Assembly (NCBI GenBank): GCA_030408505.1
Contig: JAUHQI010000002.1
Location: forward strand, 34,674-98,673
Length of the DNA: 64,000 nt
Source of the DNA: Candidatus Sacchlamyda saccharinae
Lineage (GTDB): Bacteria > Chlamydiota > Chlamydiia > Chlamydiales > Rhabdochlamydiaceae
Direction: 5' to 3'
How positions within the stretch are numbered: position 1 is the stretch's first letter; the number at the start of each line of letters is the position of its first letter. Positions 10,335-23,621 of the stretch are shown one piece after another. A program made the translations under genes and the position numbers. The notes under the pieces are model-generated. The model saw only the letters and a program-made list of their open reading frames with translations. It did no database searches and was not told where the DNA came from.

Positions 10335-11062
10335 CCTGGAAAATAAAACTTCTCATTTTTTGGAATGTGCTTGGCATCATTCTATTTACGAGCCTCTTCG
10401 CTTCTCCCATTTGGAACCACATCGATCCCACCTTGTTCCGCTTTTTCAACCACCCCTTGAGAGATTCTCAGGCCCTTCGACTTTTTTGGGCACTAGCTAA
10501 CCATAGACTTGCCGACTGGTTTGAGGATTTGTGCATTCTGGGATTTTATATTGTCGCTTACTACAAAGCCGCAAAGGGCTTCAGGGAAAAACGGGCAGCG
10601 CAGCTCATTTTCTGCATCCTTTTTACTGCCTTTACGATTTTACTCATCAATAGGTTCGTTTGTCGCGACATTCTAAAGCTTAGACGATCCAGCCCTACAT
10701 TGGTTTTACACGACTCTGTCTATCTCTCGGATTTTCTCTCTTGGATTCGAGTGAAAGTTGATTCGACAAAAAGCTTTCCCGGAGACCATGCTACGACGGC
10801 ACTAATGTTTGCTTGCAGTTATGCCTACTTCGTAAGGGGGAAGCTTGCTCTCTTAGCGCTTCTCTATGGAGCCTTCTTGTGCTTGCCACGCCTCATCGTA
10901 GGCGCTCACTGGCCGTCCGATTTGTTTGTCGGCAGCGGCTGCATCGTGATCTTTTCGCTAAGCTGGGCCTTTTGCACGCCCCTCGCAACAAAATGCGTAG
11001 AGGCGATTGAGAACATACTTTCTAAAAAGAAAAAGAAAAATCAAAGCGTGGCTCACCAATAG
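10331..11062 (+). CDS. PAP2-superfamily membrane phosphatase
   Basis: 243 aa, polytopic. It carries PAP2 signature blocks SFPGDH and GAHWPSD. 4-nt overlap with lptG. Confidence 0.7.
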   Translation: MTWKIKLLIFWNVLGIILFTSLFASPIWNHIDPTLFRFFNHPLRDSQALRLFWALANHRLADWFEDLCILGFYIVAYYKAAKGFREKRAAQLIFCILFTAFTILLINRFVCRDILKLRRSSPTLVLHDSVYLSDFLSWIRVKVDSTKSFPGDHATTALMFACSYAYFVRGKLALLALLYGAFLCLPRLIVGAHWPSDLFVGSGCIVIFSLSWAFCTPLATKCVEAIENILSKKKKKNQSVAHQ

Positions 11063-11960
11063 CAGCTGACTGGGCTATTGAAGAACTCAGAAAGATCGCA
11101 AAATCATACCAAGCGTGGACCGCTACACTCTCTTGTAGAGACTGATTTTTATAAGTCAGCCATCCAAAATAGGCACCAGCTGCAGAGAGATAGGGAACTA
11201 TGAAGGTATAGTAGCGCCTTTGCTCATCTGGAGCTAGCTCACTCGCGTTTGGAATATGCATCAATCCAAATGCAACCGAGGAAAGAGCAATCCCAACCGC
11301 GGGGCTTGTGGTCTCAGAGATCGCAGACTGCAAAAACCCTCTGAATAGAGTCTCCTCCCCAATACTTACGGGAAAAGCATAAGCGGGATGTAGGTTTTGT
11401 GGAGCCATATGGATATGCTCTTCTATTCCATTTGGGAAAGCCAATTGTGACAATACAGATCCAACGACCAAAGAACCGAGTATCCCACCCCAAACCTCGG
11501 GCTTCTTCAACACTGCCCATCGAAAAGGGGCCCAAGCAAGATCACCAAAACTATCTTGCGGCATCTTATAGGAATAATTTTCTCTACCATTGAAATTTCT
11601 AGCATCTCTATAGGCCGAGTAAATTCCATAGGAACTCACTGCACTTAAAGCTAAAAGGTCTCCTGCGAGATAGGGCTCAAAAAAGGAAAACTGCGAAAGT
11701 CCAATCCCCACGCCTGTGCTTCCCATCAGAGCTCCAGCCATCCCATACTCCCCAAGATACGTATGTCCAAGCCCCGGCAAGATAGCAGAAAGAGTAACAG
11801 CGATCGCGGGACTTTTTGTCTGAGGGACAAACTCAACAATAGGAAGATCTACATCAAAAGAAGATGAGGTCGATTGTGATAAAAATTCTTGCTCCAGCTC
11901 TTCTCCATAAATGAGGGTACTTGATAGAGCAAAAAGAGAAAACGCATAGGATAATTTCAT
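11022..11960 (-). CDS. CPBP-family (CAAX/Abi) intramembrane glutamic protease
   Basis: Motifs GEETLFRGF (EExxxR), FGLMH (FxxxH) and HAWYD. N-terminal signal sequence. Confidence 0.75.
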   Translation of the reverse strand: MKLSYAFSLFALSSTLIYGEELEQEFLSQSTSSSFDVDLPIVEFVPQTKSPAIAVTLSAILPGLGHTYLGEYGMAGALMGSTGVGIGLSQFSFFEPYLAGDLLALSAVSSYGIYSAYRDARNFNGRENYSYKMPQDSFGDLAWAPFRWAVLKKPEVWGGILGSLVVGSVLSQLAFPNGIEEHIHMAPQNLHPAYAFPVSIGEETLFRGFLQSAISETTSPAVGIALSSVAFGLMHIPNASELAPDEQRRYYTFIVPYLSAAGAYFGWLTYKNQSLQESVAVHAWYDFAIFLSSSIAQSAAIGEPRFDFSFSF

Positions 11961-11963
11961 AGT

Positions 11964-12326
11964 TTATGCCTGCCTGGTTAAATAAGTGACTTTGATTTGC
12001 TTAGGAGAAAAATACTTTGTTACTACTTCCTTCACCGTTTCTATCGAATATTCTTTGCATGAGAAAATATCTAAGTATACATCTCCGTTCTCATCCACAA
12101 AGTGGCCAGAAATCGCGCTCGTCTCAATCAACTGCACAAGAGAGTAGCCCCCTTTTGCAGGATCATGTGTGGCAAAATGCTCAATGATGGGCGCGCCATA
12201 AGCTTTCATGTCGATGGCTTCAACAAGATACTTTACAAACGCAGCAATGTTTTCGCCGCTCGTTATCTTCTCTTTGTTGCAGGCTTTGCAATCAAGGATC
12301 AAGTGATAACCCCAATAACTCGACAT
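11964..12326 (-). CDS. S-adenosylmethionine decarboxylase-related (SpeH/AdoMetDC family) small protein
   Basis: 120 aa. GYHLILDC, LIETSAISGHFVDE and YLDIFSC align by eye with the SpeH blocks (ISESHLTIHTWPE, AIDLFTCG). The processing site reads Thr-Ser instead of Glu-Ser. Confidence 0.55.
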   Translation of the reverse strand: MSSYWGYHLILDCKACNKEKITSGENIAAFVKYLVEAIDMKAYGAPIIEHFATHDPAKGGYSLVQLIETSAISGHFVDENGDVYLDIFSCKEYSIETVKEVVTKYFSPKQIKVTYLTRQA

Positions 12327-12359
12327 TTTCCCTCCAAAAAATTACACTAGGATTCAAGT

Positions 12360-13886
12360 ATGACACATTCTGAAAAAAACGCCTATCAAAAGCTCTGCGC
12401 CCTTTCCAAAAAGGGGGCGCTGCTTACAACAATTTCGCACATTCTTGGCTGGGACCAGGAAACAAAGATGCCCCATGATGCGATCGAGCTCCGCTCTGAG
12501 CAAAATGAGCTCGTTGCAAGCCTCATCCACAAAGAAAAAACCGACCCAGAATTTGCCAAAACCCTCAGCTCCCTAATCGATTTAGAAACGGGCGAGTACC
12601 TCAATAACGATCTTTCAGACAAACAAAAAGCAGCAGTGCGAGAGTGGAGACGAGACTATCTGCAAGCCGTCAAACTCCCAAATAGCTTTGTCGAAGAGTA
12701 TGCCAAAGCAACCTCAGCGTCCATCCACGCTTGGCAAAGAGCAAGACCAGAAAACGACTTCAAAACTTTTCAACCACATCTTGACAAGATCGTCGACCTA
12801 AATCTGCAAAAAGCCGAGTACCTAGGTTATAAAAACCACCCCTACGACGCCCTAACCGACTATTTCGAGCCAGAAATGACGACGGCTACCCTTACGAGTG
12901 TTTTCGAGAAACTCAAAATTCCTCTGACTAATCTTCTAAAAAAAATTCAAACAAAAGAAGACCCAGATGCGTCCTTCTTACGTATAGATTTTCCCCATGA
13001 CAAACAAATGGCTTTTTCCCGGCAGCTCATCTCCGATATGGGCTTTCATAAGGGGATTAGTCGACTAGATGAATCGGCCCACCCGATGTGCGTTCCCATT
13101 CATCCAAAAGACATGCGGATGACAACCAGAGTATCCGTTTCCGACATCATCAGCAACCTTCTCTCCTGCGCGCATGAAGGAGGTCACGGCCTCTACCACA
13201 TTCAAGTTCCGGAGGAGGAATTCGGCACTCCCCTTTGCGATGCCGCATCCCTTGCCATCGATGAGAGCCAATCCAGAACATGGGAAACCTTCATCGGCCG
13301 ATCACTCCCTTTTTGGACCCACTATTTCCCCCTTCTACAAAAAAGCTTCCCTGAGCAACTCGGTGGCGTAACCCTAGAAGCCTTCTACAAAGCAATCAAC
13401 GTTGTAGAACCCTCGATGATACGGACCGAGAGTGATGAAGTTTGCTACAACCTCCACGTCCTCCTCCGCTTTGAGCTCGAAAAAGACCTACTCGAGAAAA
13501 AAATCAAAACCAGTGACATTCCTGAAAGCTGGAACGAAAAGATGCGCGGCTATCTAAGCATCACCCCCAAAGCCCTCTCCGAAGGCTGTATGCAAGATAT
13601 CCACTGGGCTATGGGAGCCTTTGGCTACTTTCCCACTTACACACTCGGCAACCTCTATGCAGGGCAATTCTTCGAAACCTTTGCAAACGACCATCCCAAT
13701 TGGGACAAGCAGCTCGCCAAAGGAGATCTCGCCTTCATCCGTCAGTGGCAAAAAGAAAACATCCACCAATTTGGCAGACAATACCTACCCGAAGACCTCT
13801 GCAAAAAAGTCACCGGAAGTACCCTCAACGAAAAGCCCTACATCGATTACCTCACCAAAAAATACACCGCTATTTACCATCTATGA
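12360..13886 (+). CDS. Carboxypeptidase, M32 (Taq) family
   Basis: 508 aa with zinc motif HEGGHGLYH and the conserved DIHWAMGAFGYFPTYTLGN block. Confidence 0.9.
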   Translation: MTHSEKNAYQKLCALSKKGALLTTISHILGWDQETKMPHDAIELRSEQNELVASLIHKEKTDPEFAKTLSSLIDLETGEYLNNDLSDKQKAAVREWRRDYLQAVKLPNSFVEEYAKATSASIHAWQRARPENDFKTFQPHLDKIVDLNLQKAEYLGYKNHPYDALTDYFEPEMTTATLTSVFEKLKIPLTNLLKKIQTKEDPDASFLRIDFPHDKQMAFSRQLISDMGFHKGISRLDESAHPMCVPIHPKDMRMTTRVSVSDIISNLLSCAHEGGHGLYHIQVPEEEFGTPLCDAASLAIDESQSRTWETFIGRSLPFWTHYFPLLQKSFPEQLGGVTLEAFYKAINVVEPSMIRTESDEVCYNLHVLLRFELEKDLLEKKIKTSDIPESWNEKMRGYLSITPKALSEGCMQDIHWAMGAFGYFPTYTLGNLYAGQFFETFANDHPNWDKQLAKGDLAFIRQWQKENIHQFGRQYLPEDLCKKVTGSTLNEKPYIDYLTKKYTAIYHL

Positions 13887-14599
13887 AAAAATGGCTTCTT
13901 CTCCCCCTCGTTCTCATCACCCTCTACTTTACCTCAAAAGAAAACCTCGATCTATTTAGCGAAATCCCTAGAGGCTCAGAAGAGACCGCTTCGATCGCTA
14001 CACTCCTAGAGCAAAAGTTCACCTACCTAGGTCAAGGATCGCAAATAATTGCCTTTGCTTCCACCGATGGTGACCACGTCCTAAAAGTCTTTAAAGCTCG
14101 CCACGAAAAACCCTTTAAATTTTCCCGTTATCTCCGGTCACTCTGTACAAAAGATAAAGAGCAAAGCACTCAGAAATGGACCTACAAATTCCAAGACACC
14201 ATTCGTCGCTATAAAATGGCATTTGTCTATCTTAAAGAAGAGACTGGCCTGATCTACCTCCACTTCCAAAAGACCCCTATCCCCTTGCCCATCACTTTAA
14301 AGGGAAAAAAGCTCGACCTCTCCCAATACCCTTTCATCATCCAAAAAAGAGCCATGCTCGCTCCCGAGTACATCAAAGACCACCCCGAAGGGGTTCTGCA
14401 GTTGAAAAAGTTCTTCAAAACACGTTTAGAAAAGGGCTTTAGCGATCCAAGGCAAACCCTTTCTACCAATTACGGATTTATCGGCAATAAGCCCATCCAA
14501 ATTGATCCGGGAAAACTCGAGCCTTTTGAAGGAGACCCAAAAGAAGAGATCCAAAAGATCCATGATCGAGTTGATCAGTGGTCCTTGAATCTTTTTTGA
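13883..14599 (+). CDS. Hypothetical secreted/membrane-anchored protein
   Basis: The start is taken at MKKWLLLPLVLITLYF (ATGA overlap with the M32 stop). It has an N-terminal signal/anchor. No motif recognised. Confidence 0.45.
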   Translation: MKKWLLLPLVLITLYFTSKENLDLFSEIPRGSEETASIATLLEQKFTYLGQGSQIIAFASTDGDHVLKVFKARHEKPFKFSRYLRSLCTKDKEQSTQKWTYKFQDTIRRYKMAFVYLKEETGLIYLHFQKTPIPLPITLKGKKLDLSQYPFIIQKRAMLAPEYIKDHPEGVLQLKKFFKTRLEKGFSDPRQTLSTNYGFIGNKPIQIDPGKLEPFEGDPKEEIQKIHDRVDQWSLNLF

Positions 14600-15045
14600 C
14601 GTCGCACCTCTGCTTCTGCAAAACGTCGCTTTTGCTCATCCGTTTCAGGAATCACAGCAGGAATTCTTGTTGGCTTGCGATTTTCATCAAGTGCTACAAA
14701 GGTGAAATAGGCCGAGAAGATGTGTATCCGAGTTTTCGTCTTATAATCTTCTGCTAATACCTTGAGACCAACTTCCATAGAGGAGTTCCATGCCCGGTTG
14801 ACTGCAGCCTTTAATACTAAAATATCGCCGCTTGTTGCAGAGGCCAGAAAGCGGACCGAGTCGAGGCCAAGGGTTACTGATACCTTGCCCGAGTGGCGTT
14901 TGGCAACGATGCAGCAGAGCCAATCTCCAAGCTCAAGAACCCGACCACCGAAGAGCGTTCCGTAGGTATTGAGATCATTGGGAAAGACCAGAGCTGTCTG
15001 GTCGTCAATAGCAGAATCATTAACTGGCTTGGGTTCTTGTGTCAT
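14575..15045 (-). CDS. Acyl-CoA thioesterase (hotdog fold)
   Basis: 156 aa. FPNDLNTYGTLFGGRVLELGD is typical of the acyl-CoA hydrolase/YciA-like hotdog family. Confidence 0.8.
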   Translation of the reverse strand: MTQEPKPVNDSAIDDQTALVFPNDLNTYGTLFGGRVLELGDWLCCIVAKRHSGKVSVTLGLDSVRFLASATSGDILVLKAAVNRAWNSSMEVGLKVLAEDYKTKTRIHIFSAYFTFVALDENRKPTRIPAVIPETDEQKRRFAEAEVRRQKRFKDH

Positions 15046-15127
15046 ATTTCCTGTATACTAAAAGAGTCCTCTTCTTGCCAATAGGCAAAAAGAGGACCCT
15101 CTGCAAACAAGGACTTGTAAAATAAGC

Positions 15128-15517
15128 TTAACGCTTTGAGAATTGGAAGCGCTTACGAGCTCCAGCCAAGCCATACTTCTTACGCTCGCGCTTGCGAGAA
15201 TCACGAGTAAGGTAGCCGAGTTCTTTGAGATCTGATCTTTTTGTTTCGTCTTGCTCAACGAGTGCTCGGGAAATTCCAAGCCGAGTCGCGATGACCTGAC
15301 CCTGAATACCGCCGCCCTTAACGCGGATAACGAGATCATAGCTACCGCTCAAATCAAATTTAGCAAGAGGCGCTAGAATTGCGCTTCTCTGCAGCTCGAG
15401 GGTAAAATAATCTTCGAAACTTCTTCCATTAATCAGGATCTTTCCTGAGCCTTCTGGTCGAAGCCTAACTGATGATACGGATGTCTTACGTCTTCCAGTT
15501 CCAATAAATTCTTTCAT
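15128..15517 (-). CDS. rpsI: 30S ribosomal protein S9
   Basis: [14 protein letters not shown] ... GGGIQGQ ... C-terminal KRFQFSKR. Confidence 0.95.
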   Translation of the reverse strand: MKEFIGTGRRKTSVSSVRLRPEGSGKILINGRSFEDYFTLELQRSAILAPLAKFDLSGSYDLVIRVKGGGIQGQVIATRLGISRALVEQDETKRSDLKELGYLTRDSRKRERKKYGLAGARKRFQFSKR

Positions 15518-15521
15518 ATTC

Positions 15522-15974
15522 TTATACCGTTACGGGGATGGGTTTCTGCGCCTCTTGGTCATGCTCTGAACCTGCAAAAATGCGCAATTTTTTCATTTGC
15601 TGTTTACCAAGACGGCTATTAGGCATCATTCCCTTTACAGCCTGACGGATGATGAAGTCGGGCTTTCGGGCCTTCATTACACTAAATGGGGTCTCACGAA
15701 GACCACCCATTGCACCAGTGTAATGGCGATAAATTTTTTGAGCCTCTTTTGCCCCGGTCACAACGATTTTTTCTGCATTGATGATGACAACGCCATCACC
15801 ACAGTCGACGTGAGGGGTAAAAGTGGGCTTATGCTTGCCACGTAAAATTTTTGCTATCTCTGCAGCAAAGCGGCCAAGTGTTTTTCCTGATGCATCAAAA
15901 AGGAGCCAGTTGCGCTGGGCAATCGCCTCTTCTTTGGTCAATAATGTTGAATTTTGTTGCTTAGATTTAGTCAT
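15522..15974 (-). CDS. rplM: 50S ribosomal protein L13
   Basis: [38 protein letters not shown] block. The start is taken at MTKSKQQ; the ORF is open to 16034. It lies immediately upstream of rpsI, as in the conserved L13-S9 operon. Confidence 0.92.
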   Translation of the reverse strand: MTKSKQQNSTLLTKEEAIAQRNWLLFDASGKTLGRFAAEIAKILRGKHKPTFTPHVDCGDGVVIINAEKIVVTGAKEAQKIYRHYTGAMGGLRETPFSVMKARKPDFIIRQAVKGMMPNSRLGKQQMKKLRIFAGSEHDQEAQKPIPVTV

Positions 15975-16101
15975 TTCATAGCTCTTCGTAATGTAATAGT
16001 CCCAAGAATACGCGATTTCAGTTTTTTTTGCCAATACATTTGTAGAACTTGAAAAAAGAAACCCTCAGAGGGTAAGCTTGGAGGTCAAATTGGAGTTTAC
16101 C

Positions 16102-17436
16102 ATGCGCAAATTAAAGACTTTTTTTGTCCGAACTTATGGCTGCCAAATGAATGAGCTCGACTCTGAAATCATGGTTGGTGCCCTTGAACAGAGAGGTCTA
16201 AAGCGATCTTATGAAGAGGACGACGCCGATCTCCTCCTTTATAATACTTGCTCAATTCGAGACCTTGCTGAAAGAAAAGTCATGGGGAAAATTGGCCAAT
16301 TGGCCCGTAGGCCAAAGCGGAGCTCTATTATAGGGGTAACCGGTTGTATGGCCAATGCCAAAAAAGACCGGATTTTCAAAAAACTCCCAAATGTCGACTT
16401 TGTTCTAGGAACCAACAATATCACAGACCTCAATACTGTTCTTGATGAGGTTTTGGAAACGGGCAAGCCCCAACTGCGCACGGATGATAAATTTGAGGAA
16501 AATATTAACTACTTAGATGCCGTGCGCGACGACAAGGTAAAAGCCCATGTCTCGATCATTCGCGGCTGTGATAAATATTGTACCTACTGCGTTGTCCCCT
16601 ATACAAGGGGTAAAGAGGTGTCACGCCCGCCAGAAGATATCGAAGCGGAAGTGCGCCAGCTTGCGGCAAAAGGCTATAAAGAGATCACCCTCCTTGGGCA
16701 AAACGTAAACAGCTACGGCCTAGACACCCCAGAATGGAACGAGCTCTTTCATGACCTCCTCTATCGACTCGACAAAATCGATGGAATCGAGCGGATTCGA
16801 TTTATGACCTCGCATCCGTGTGACATCACAAAGAACCTCATGGAAGCCATCCGCGACCTCCCCTCTCTATGTGAATTTGTCCACTTCCCGATCCAAGCTG
16901 GCTCGAGCCGCATCTTGCGCAAAATGAACCGGCGCTACACCCTCGAGTCCTATCTCGAAAAAGTAAATATGCTTCGCGAGATCGTCCCCAATGCAGCTCT
17001 TGGAACGGACATCATTGTCGGCTTCCCAACAGAAACTGAAGAAGAGTTTCAGATGACCTACGACATCTTCAAGCAGGTCCGCTATAGCGTCGCATTTCTC
17101 TTTTCCTATAGCGCGCGCAAAGGGACGCCGGCTTATCGATGGAAGGATGATGTCCCTGAAGAGGTGAAAAGTGAAAGACTCCAGCGTTTAATGGATCTGC
17201 ACAATACAATCAACGGGGAGCTAATGAAAGAGTGCATTGGCACTGAGATGGAAGTCCTTGTGGAGAGCCTAGCCAAGACAGGCCAGCTCAAGTGCCGCAC
17301 TCGTTGCTGGAAGAGAGTAGTTTTAACGGGAAGGCCCGAACTAGTCGGCACTCTCCAAAAAGCCAAAATCACCGGCTGCAACCATCAGACGTTATTAGGA
17401 GAAATATTAGCTCCACAATCTCTTAAACTAGCCTAA
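16102..17436 (+). CDS. miaB: tRNA-2-methylthio-N6-dimethylallyladenosine synthase
   Basis: N-terminal UPF0004 block (FFVRTYGCQMN), radical-SAM CDKYCTYCVVPY, and a C-terminal TRAM-like region. GGAG lies 6 nt upstream of the ATG at 16102. Confidence 0.9.
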   Translation: MRKLKTFFVRTYGCQMNELDSEIMVGALEQRGLKRSYEEDDADLLLYNTCSIRDLAERKVMGKIGQLARRPKRSSIIGVTGCMANAKKDRIFKKLPNVDFVLGTNNITDLNTVLDEVLETGKPQLRTDDKFEENINYLDAVRDDKVKAHVSIIRGCDKYCTYCVVPYTRGKEVSRPPEDIEAEVRQLAAKGYKEITLLGQNVNSYGLDTPEWNELFHDLLYRLDKIDGIERIRFMTSHPCDITKNLMEAIRDLPSLCEFVHFPIQAGSSRILRKMNRRYTLESYLEKVNMLREIVPNAALGTDIIVGFPTETEEEFQMTYDIFKQVRYSVAFLFSYSARKGTPAYRWKDDVPEEVKSERLQRLMDLHNTINGELMKECIGTEMEVLVESLAKTGQLKCRTRCWKRVVLTGRPELVGTLQKAKITGCNHQTLLGEILAPQSLKLA

Positions 17437-17470
17437 GAAGAAGATTTTTTAGGAATTTAAAATGTAATCA

Positions 17471-17603
17471 AGGGCCACTTAGGTTTTTTGCATGGCGATC
17501 CTTTAGTCGCCATGTCCAGCAACTCCATCGTCTTGAGCTATTCTGGTAATGAGAAAGCGGAGCGACCCGTAGGATCGCCCCGCAGAAAACCTATAGAGGC
17601 CCT
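17471..17603 (+). ncRNA. Mini copy of an unclassified structured intergenic element (family shared with 35166-35561)
   Basis: It shares termini (AGGGCC...GGCCCT), the loop ATCCTTTRGTC, GTCCAGC, CGTCTTGAGCTATT, AAGCGGAGC and GCAGAAAACCTAT with the 35.2-kb element. It has a 12-bp basal stem (17480-17491 / 17582-17593) with one G.U. It lies between convergent genes. Strand is inferred from G.U wobble counts. Confidence 0.4.
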
Positions 17604-17621
17604 GACATTAGGTCTCTTGAT

Positions 17622-18152
17622 TTAATTCTTGATTAGTTTGGCAATGACGAGGCCGCCGAGGAACCAACCGACCACAAGGTCAAATATTTCGAGGATAGCC
17701 CAGCCGGTTGGGAAGTGCCACCAGTTCCAAGCAGGCAGTGTTCCAAGAATTGCTACCAGTACACCTGCAAGGGTCACAAACCAAACACGTCCCCAGTACT
17801 TCATAGCTTTGGCACGAAGGAGTAGGTAGGTGATGATACCTGCACCGATGATTTGGGTAATAACACCACAAATCATGTTGCGTGTCATGTTGGTAAAATC
17901 AACTCCTCTTTGTACATTTACAAAGATGAATGGTGAAGTGGATTTTTCGGCACTCTCGACAGTATCCCAAGACGGAATGACATAGATGCCGTCTTCTGGG
18001 GCATATTTAGTGATGCATGAGGTCACTTCAGAGTCATCTGCAAAATGATGGATGCTTGCTTTGTGCATAGGCAGCAACATCCAAGAGATCATTACCCATA
18101 AAAAGACGATGAGTCCTCCTACAATCGAGCAACGAATGAGCGGTTTCCACAT
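17622..18152 (-). CDS. Hypothetical polytopic membrane protein
   Basis: 176-aa ORF with an N-terminal TM segment, a soluble segment, then three hydrophobic helices. No motif recognised. Confidence 0.5.
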   Translation of the reverse strand: MWKPLIRCSIVGGLIVFLWVMISWMLLPMHKASIHHFADDSEVTSCITKYAPEDGIYVIPSWDTVESAEKSTSPFIFVNVQRGVDFTNMTRNMICGVITQIIGAGIITYLLLRAKAMKYWGRVWFVTLAGVLVAILGTLPAWNWWHFPTGWAILEIFDLVVGWFLGGLVIAKLIKN

Positions 18153-18209
18153 AAATTTTCTCCTTTGTTCAAAATGAAAAGAGTTCCTATATAGCGAATG
18201 AGACAGATT

Positions 18210-22173
<3,964 letters not shown>

Positions 22174-22209
22174 CACTACCTCAATGCCTGTATACTCATT
22201 CAAATTGTT

Positions 22210-23610
22210 ATGAATCAAGCAAAACCCAAACGAGTCCTTTCTGTTTTCCTGCTAACCATGATCAATGTGGCGACCATCGGCAGTGTGAAAAACTGGCCCG
22301 TGACGGCTGAATATGGTCTTGCCTCCATATTCTTTATTATCCTCTCAACTCTGATCTTTTTTATTCCGACCTCCCTTGTCTCGGCTGAGCTTGCGACTGG
22401 CTGGCCTAAAACTGGGGGCGTTTTTGCATGGGTCAAGGAAGCATTTGGGCACAAAACTGGCTTCTTGGCTGCCTGGCTCCTTTGGATGCAAAACATCGTC
22501 TGGTACCCAACAGCTCTCTCATTTATCGCCGCTACCATCGCCTACATTTTCAATCCAGAGCTTGCTAAGAACAACATCTACACTTTTTTTACGATCCTCG
22601 TTGTATTTTGGGTTACGACCATTGTCAATTTTCGAGGGATGCGCACCTCGGGCTGGATTTCAAGTTTAGGGATGATTCTGGGTACTTTTTTACCCGGTAT
22701 CGTTATCATTATGCTCGGCTGCTTCTGGTTCTTTGGTGGACAGCCTACACAAATTGCTTTCACATGGGACAACCTCATCCCCGACATGAGTAGCATCGGC
22801 CAGCTCGTCCTCTTTACGGGAGTGCTCATTAGCCTCGCTGGAATGGAGATGTCGGCTGTACATGCGCGCGATGTTGAAAACCCCAAACGCGACTACCCCA
22901 AAGCGATCCTTTATTCAGCCCTTATCATATTAGGCCTTTCGATCCCTGGAGTTCTCGCCATTTCGATTGTGGTCCCCCAAAAAGAGATCAGCTTGATGGC
23001 AGGCTCGCTCCAGGCCATTGCAGTTTTCTTCGATAAATATAATCTGCGCGCCTTTGTTCCGCTGATGGCCTTTTTAATCACGCTCGGAACGGTAGCGTCT
23101 GTCAGTACCTGGACCGTTGGCCCTATTAAAGGCCTCTTAGCCGCAGCACAAACAGGTGACCTCCCCCCCCTTTTCCGCAAGCTCAATAAAAACTCGATGC
23201 CCGTTCCCCTGCTCATTCTGCAAGCAGTTGTCGTAAGCTTTTTGTCTATGATCTTTATTTTCTTACCTAACTTAAACGAAGCCTTTTGGATGCTAGTGGC
23301 GATGGTATCTGAGCTCTATCTCCTTATGTATCTACTCATGTTTGCCGCCGCTATTCGCTTGCGTTACAAACACCCAAAAGTAGAGCGCCCTTACAAGATC
23401 CCTGGTGGTAATCTAGGGATGTGGTGTATTGCAGGTCTCGGCCTAATTAGCTCAGCCTTCACGATGATCATTGGCATATTGCCTCCCGATCACATCACCG
23501 TCACGAACAGATCGACCTACGTCTTTATTATGTTGGGAGGCATCATCCTATTTTCGCTCGGCCCCTCAATCATCCTTCTGTTCCAGAAAAAAAGCTGGAA
23601 AGAAACCTAA
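22210..23610 (+). CDS. APC-superfamily amino acid permease (GadC/antiporter-like)
   Basis: About 12 TM segments. The N-terminal block SAELATGWPKTGGVFAWVKEAFG resembles glutamate:GABA-type antiporters. The start is taken at MNQAKPK. Confidence 0.8.
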   Translation: MNQAKPKRVLSVFLLTMINVATIGSVKNWPVTAEYGLASIFFIILSTLIFFIPTSLVSAELATGWPKTGGVFAWVKEAFGHKTGFLAAWLLWMQNIVWYPTALSFIAATIAYIFNPELAKNNIYTFFTILVVFWVTTIVNFRGMRTSGWISSLGMILGTFLPGIVIIMLGCFWFFGGQPTQIAFTWDNLIPDMSSIGQLVLFTGVLISLAGMEMSAVHARDVENPKRDYPKAILYSALIILGLSIPGVLAISIVVPQKEISLMAGSLQAIAVFFDKYNLRAFVPLMAFLITLGTVASVSTWTVGPIKGLLAAAQTGDLPPLFRKLNKNSMPVPLLILQAVVVSFLSMIFIFLPNLNEAFWMLVAMVSELYLLMYLLMFAAAIRLRYKHPKVERPYKIPGGNLGMWCIAGLGLISSAFTMIIGILPPDHITVTNRSTYVFIMLGGIILFSLGPSIILLFQKKSWKET

Positions 23611-23621
23611 AGGAGATTTGT

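Noticed and set aside
16055-16075. Palindrome ACCCTCAGAGGGT in the rplM/miaB divergent promoter region.
   Set aside because: It is too short, with a 1-nt centre, and I have no comparative data to call it a regulatory site.
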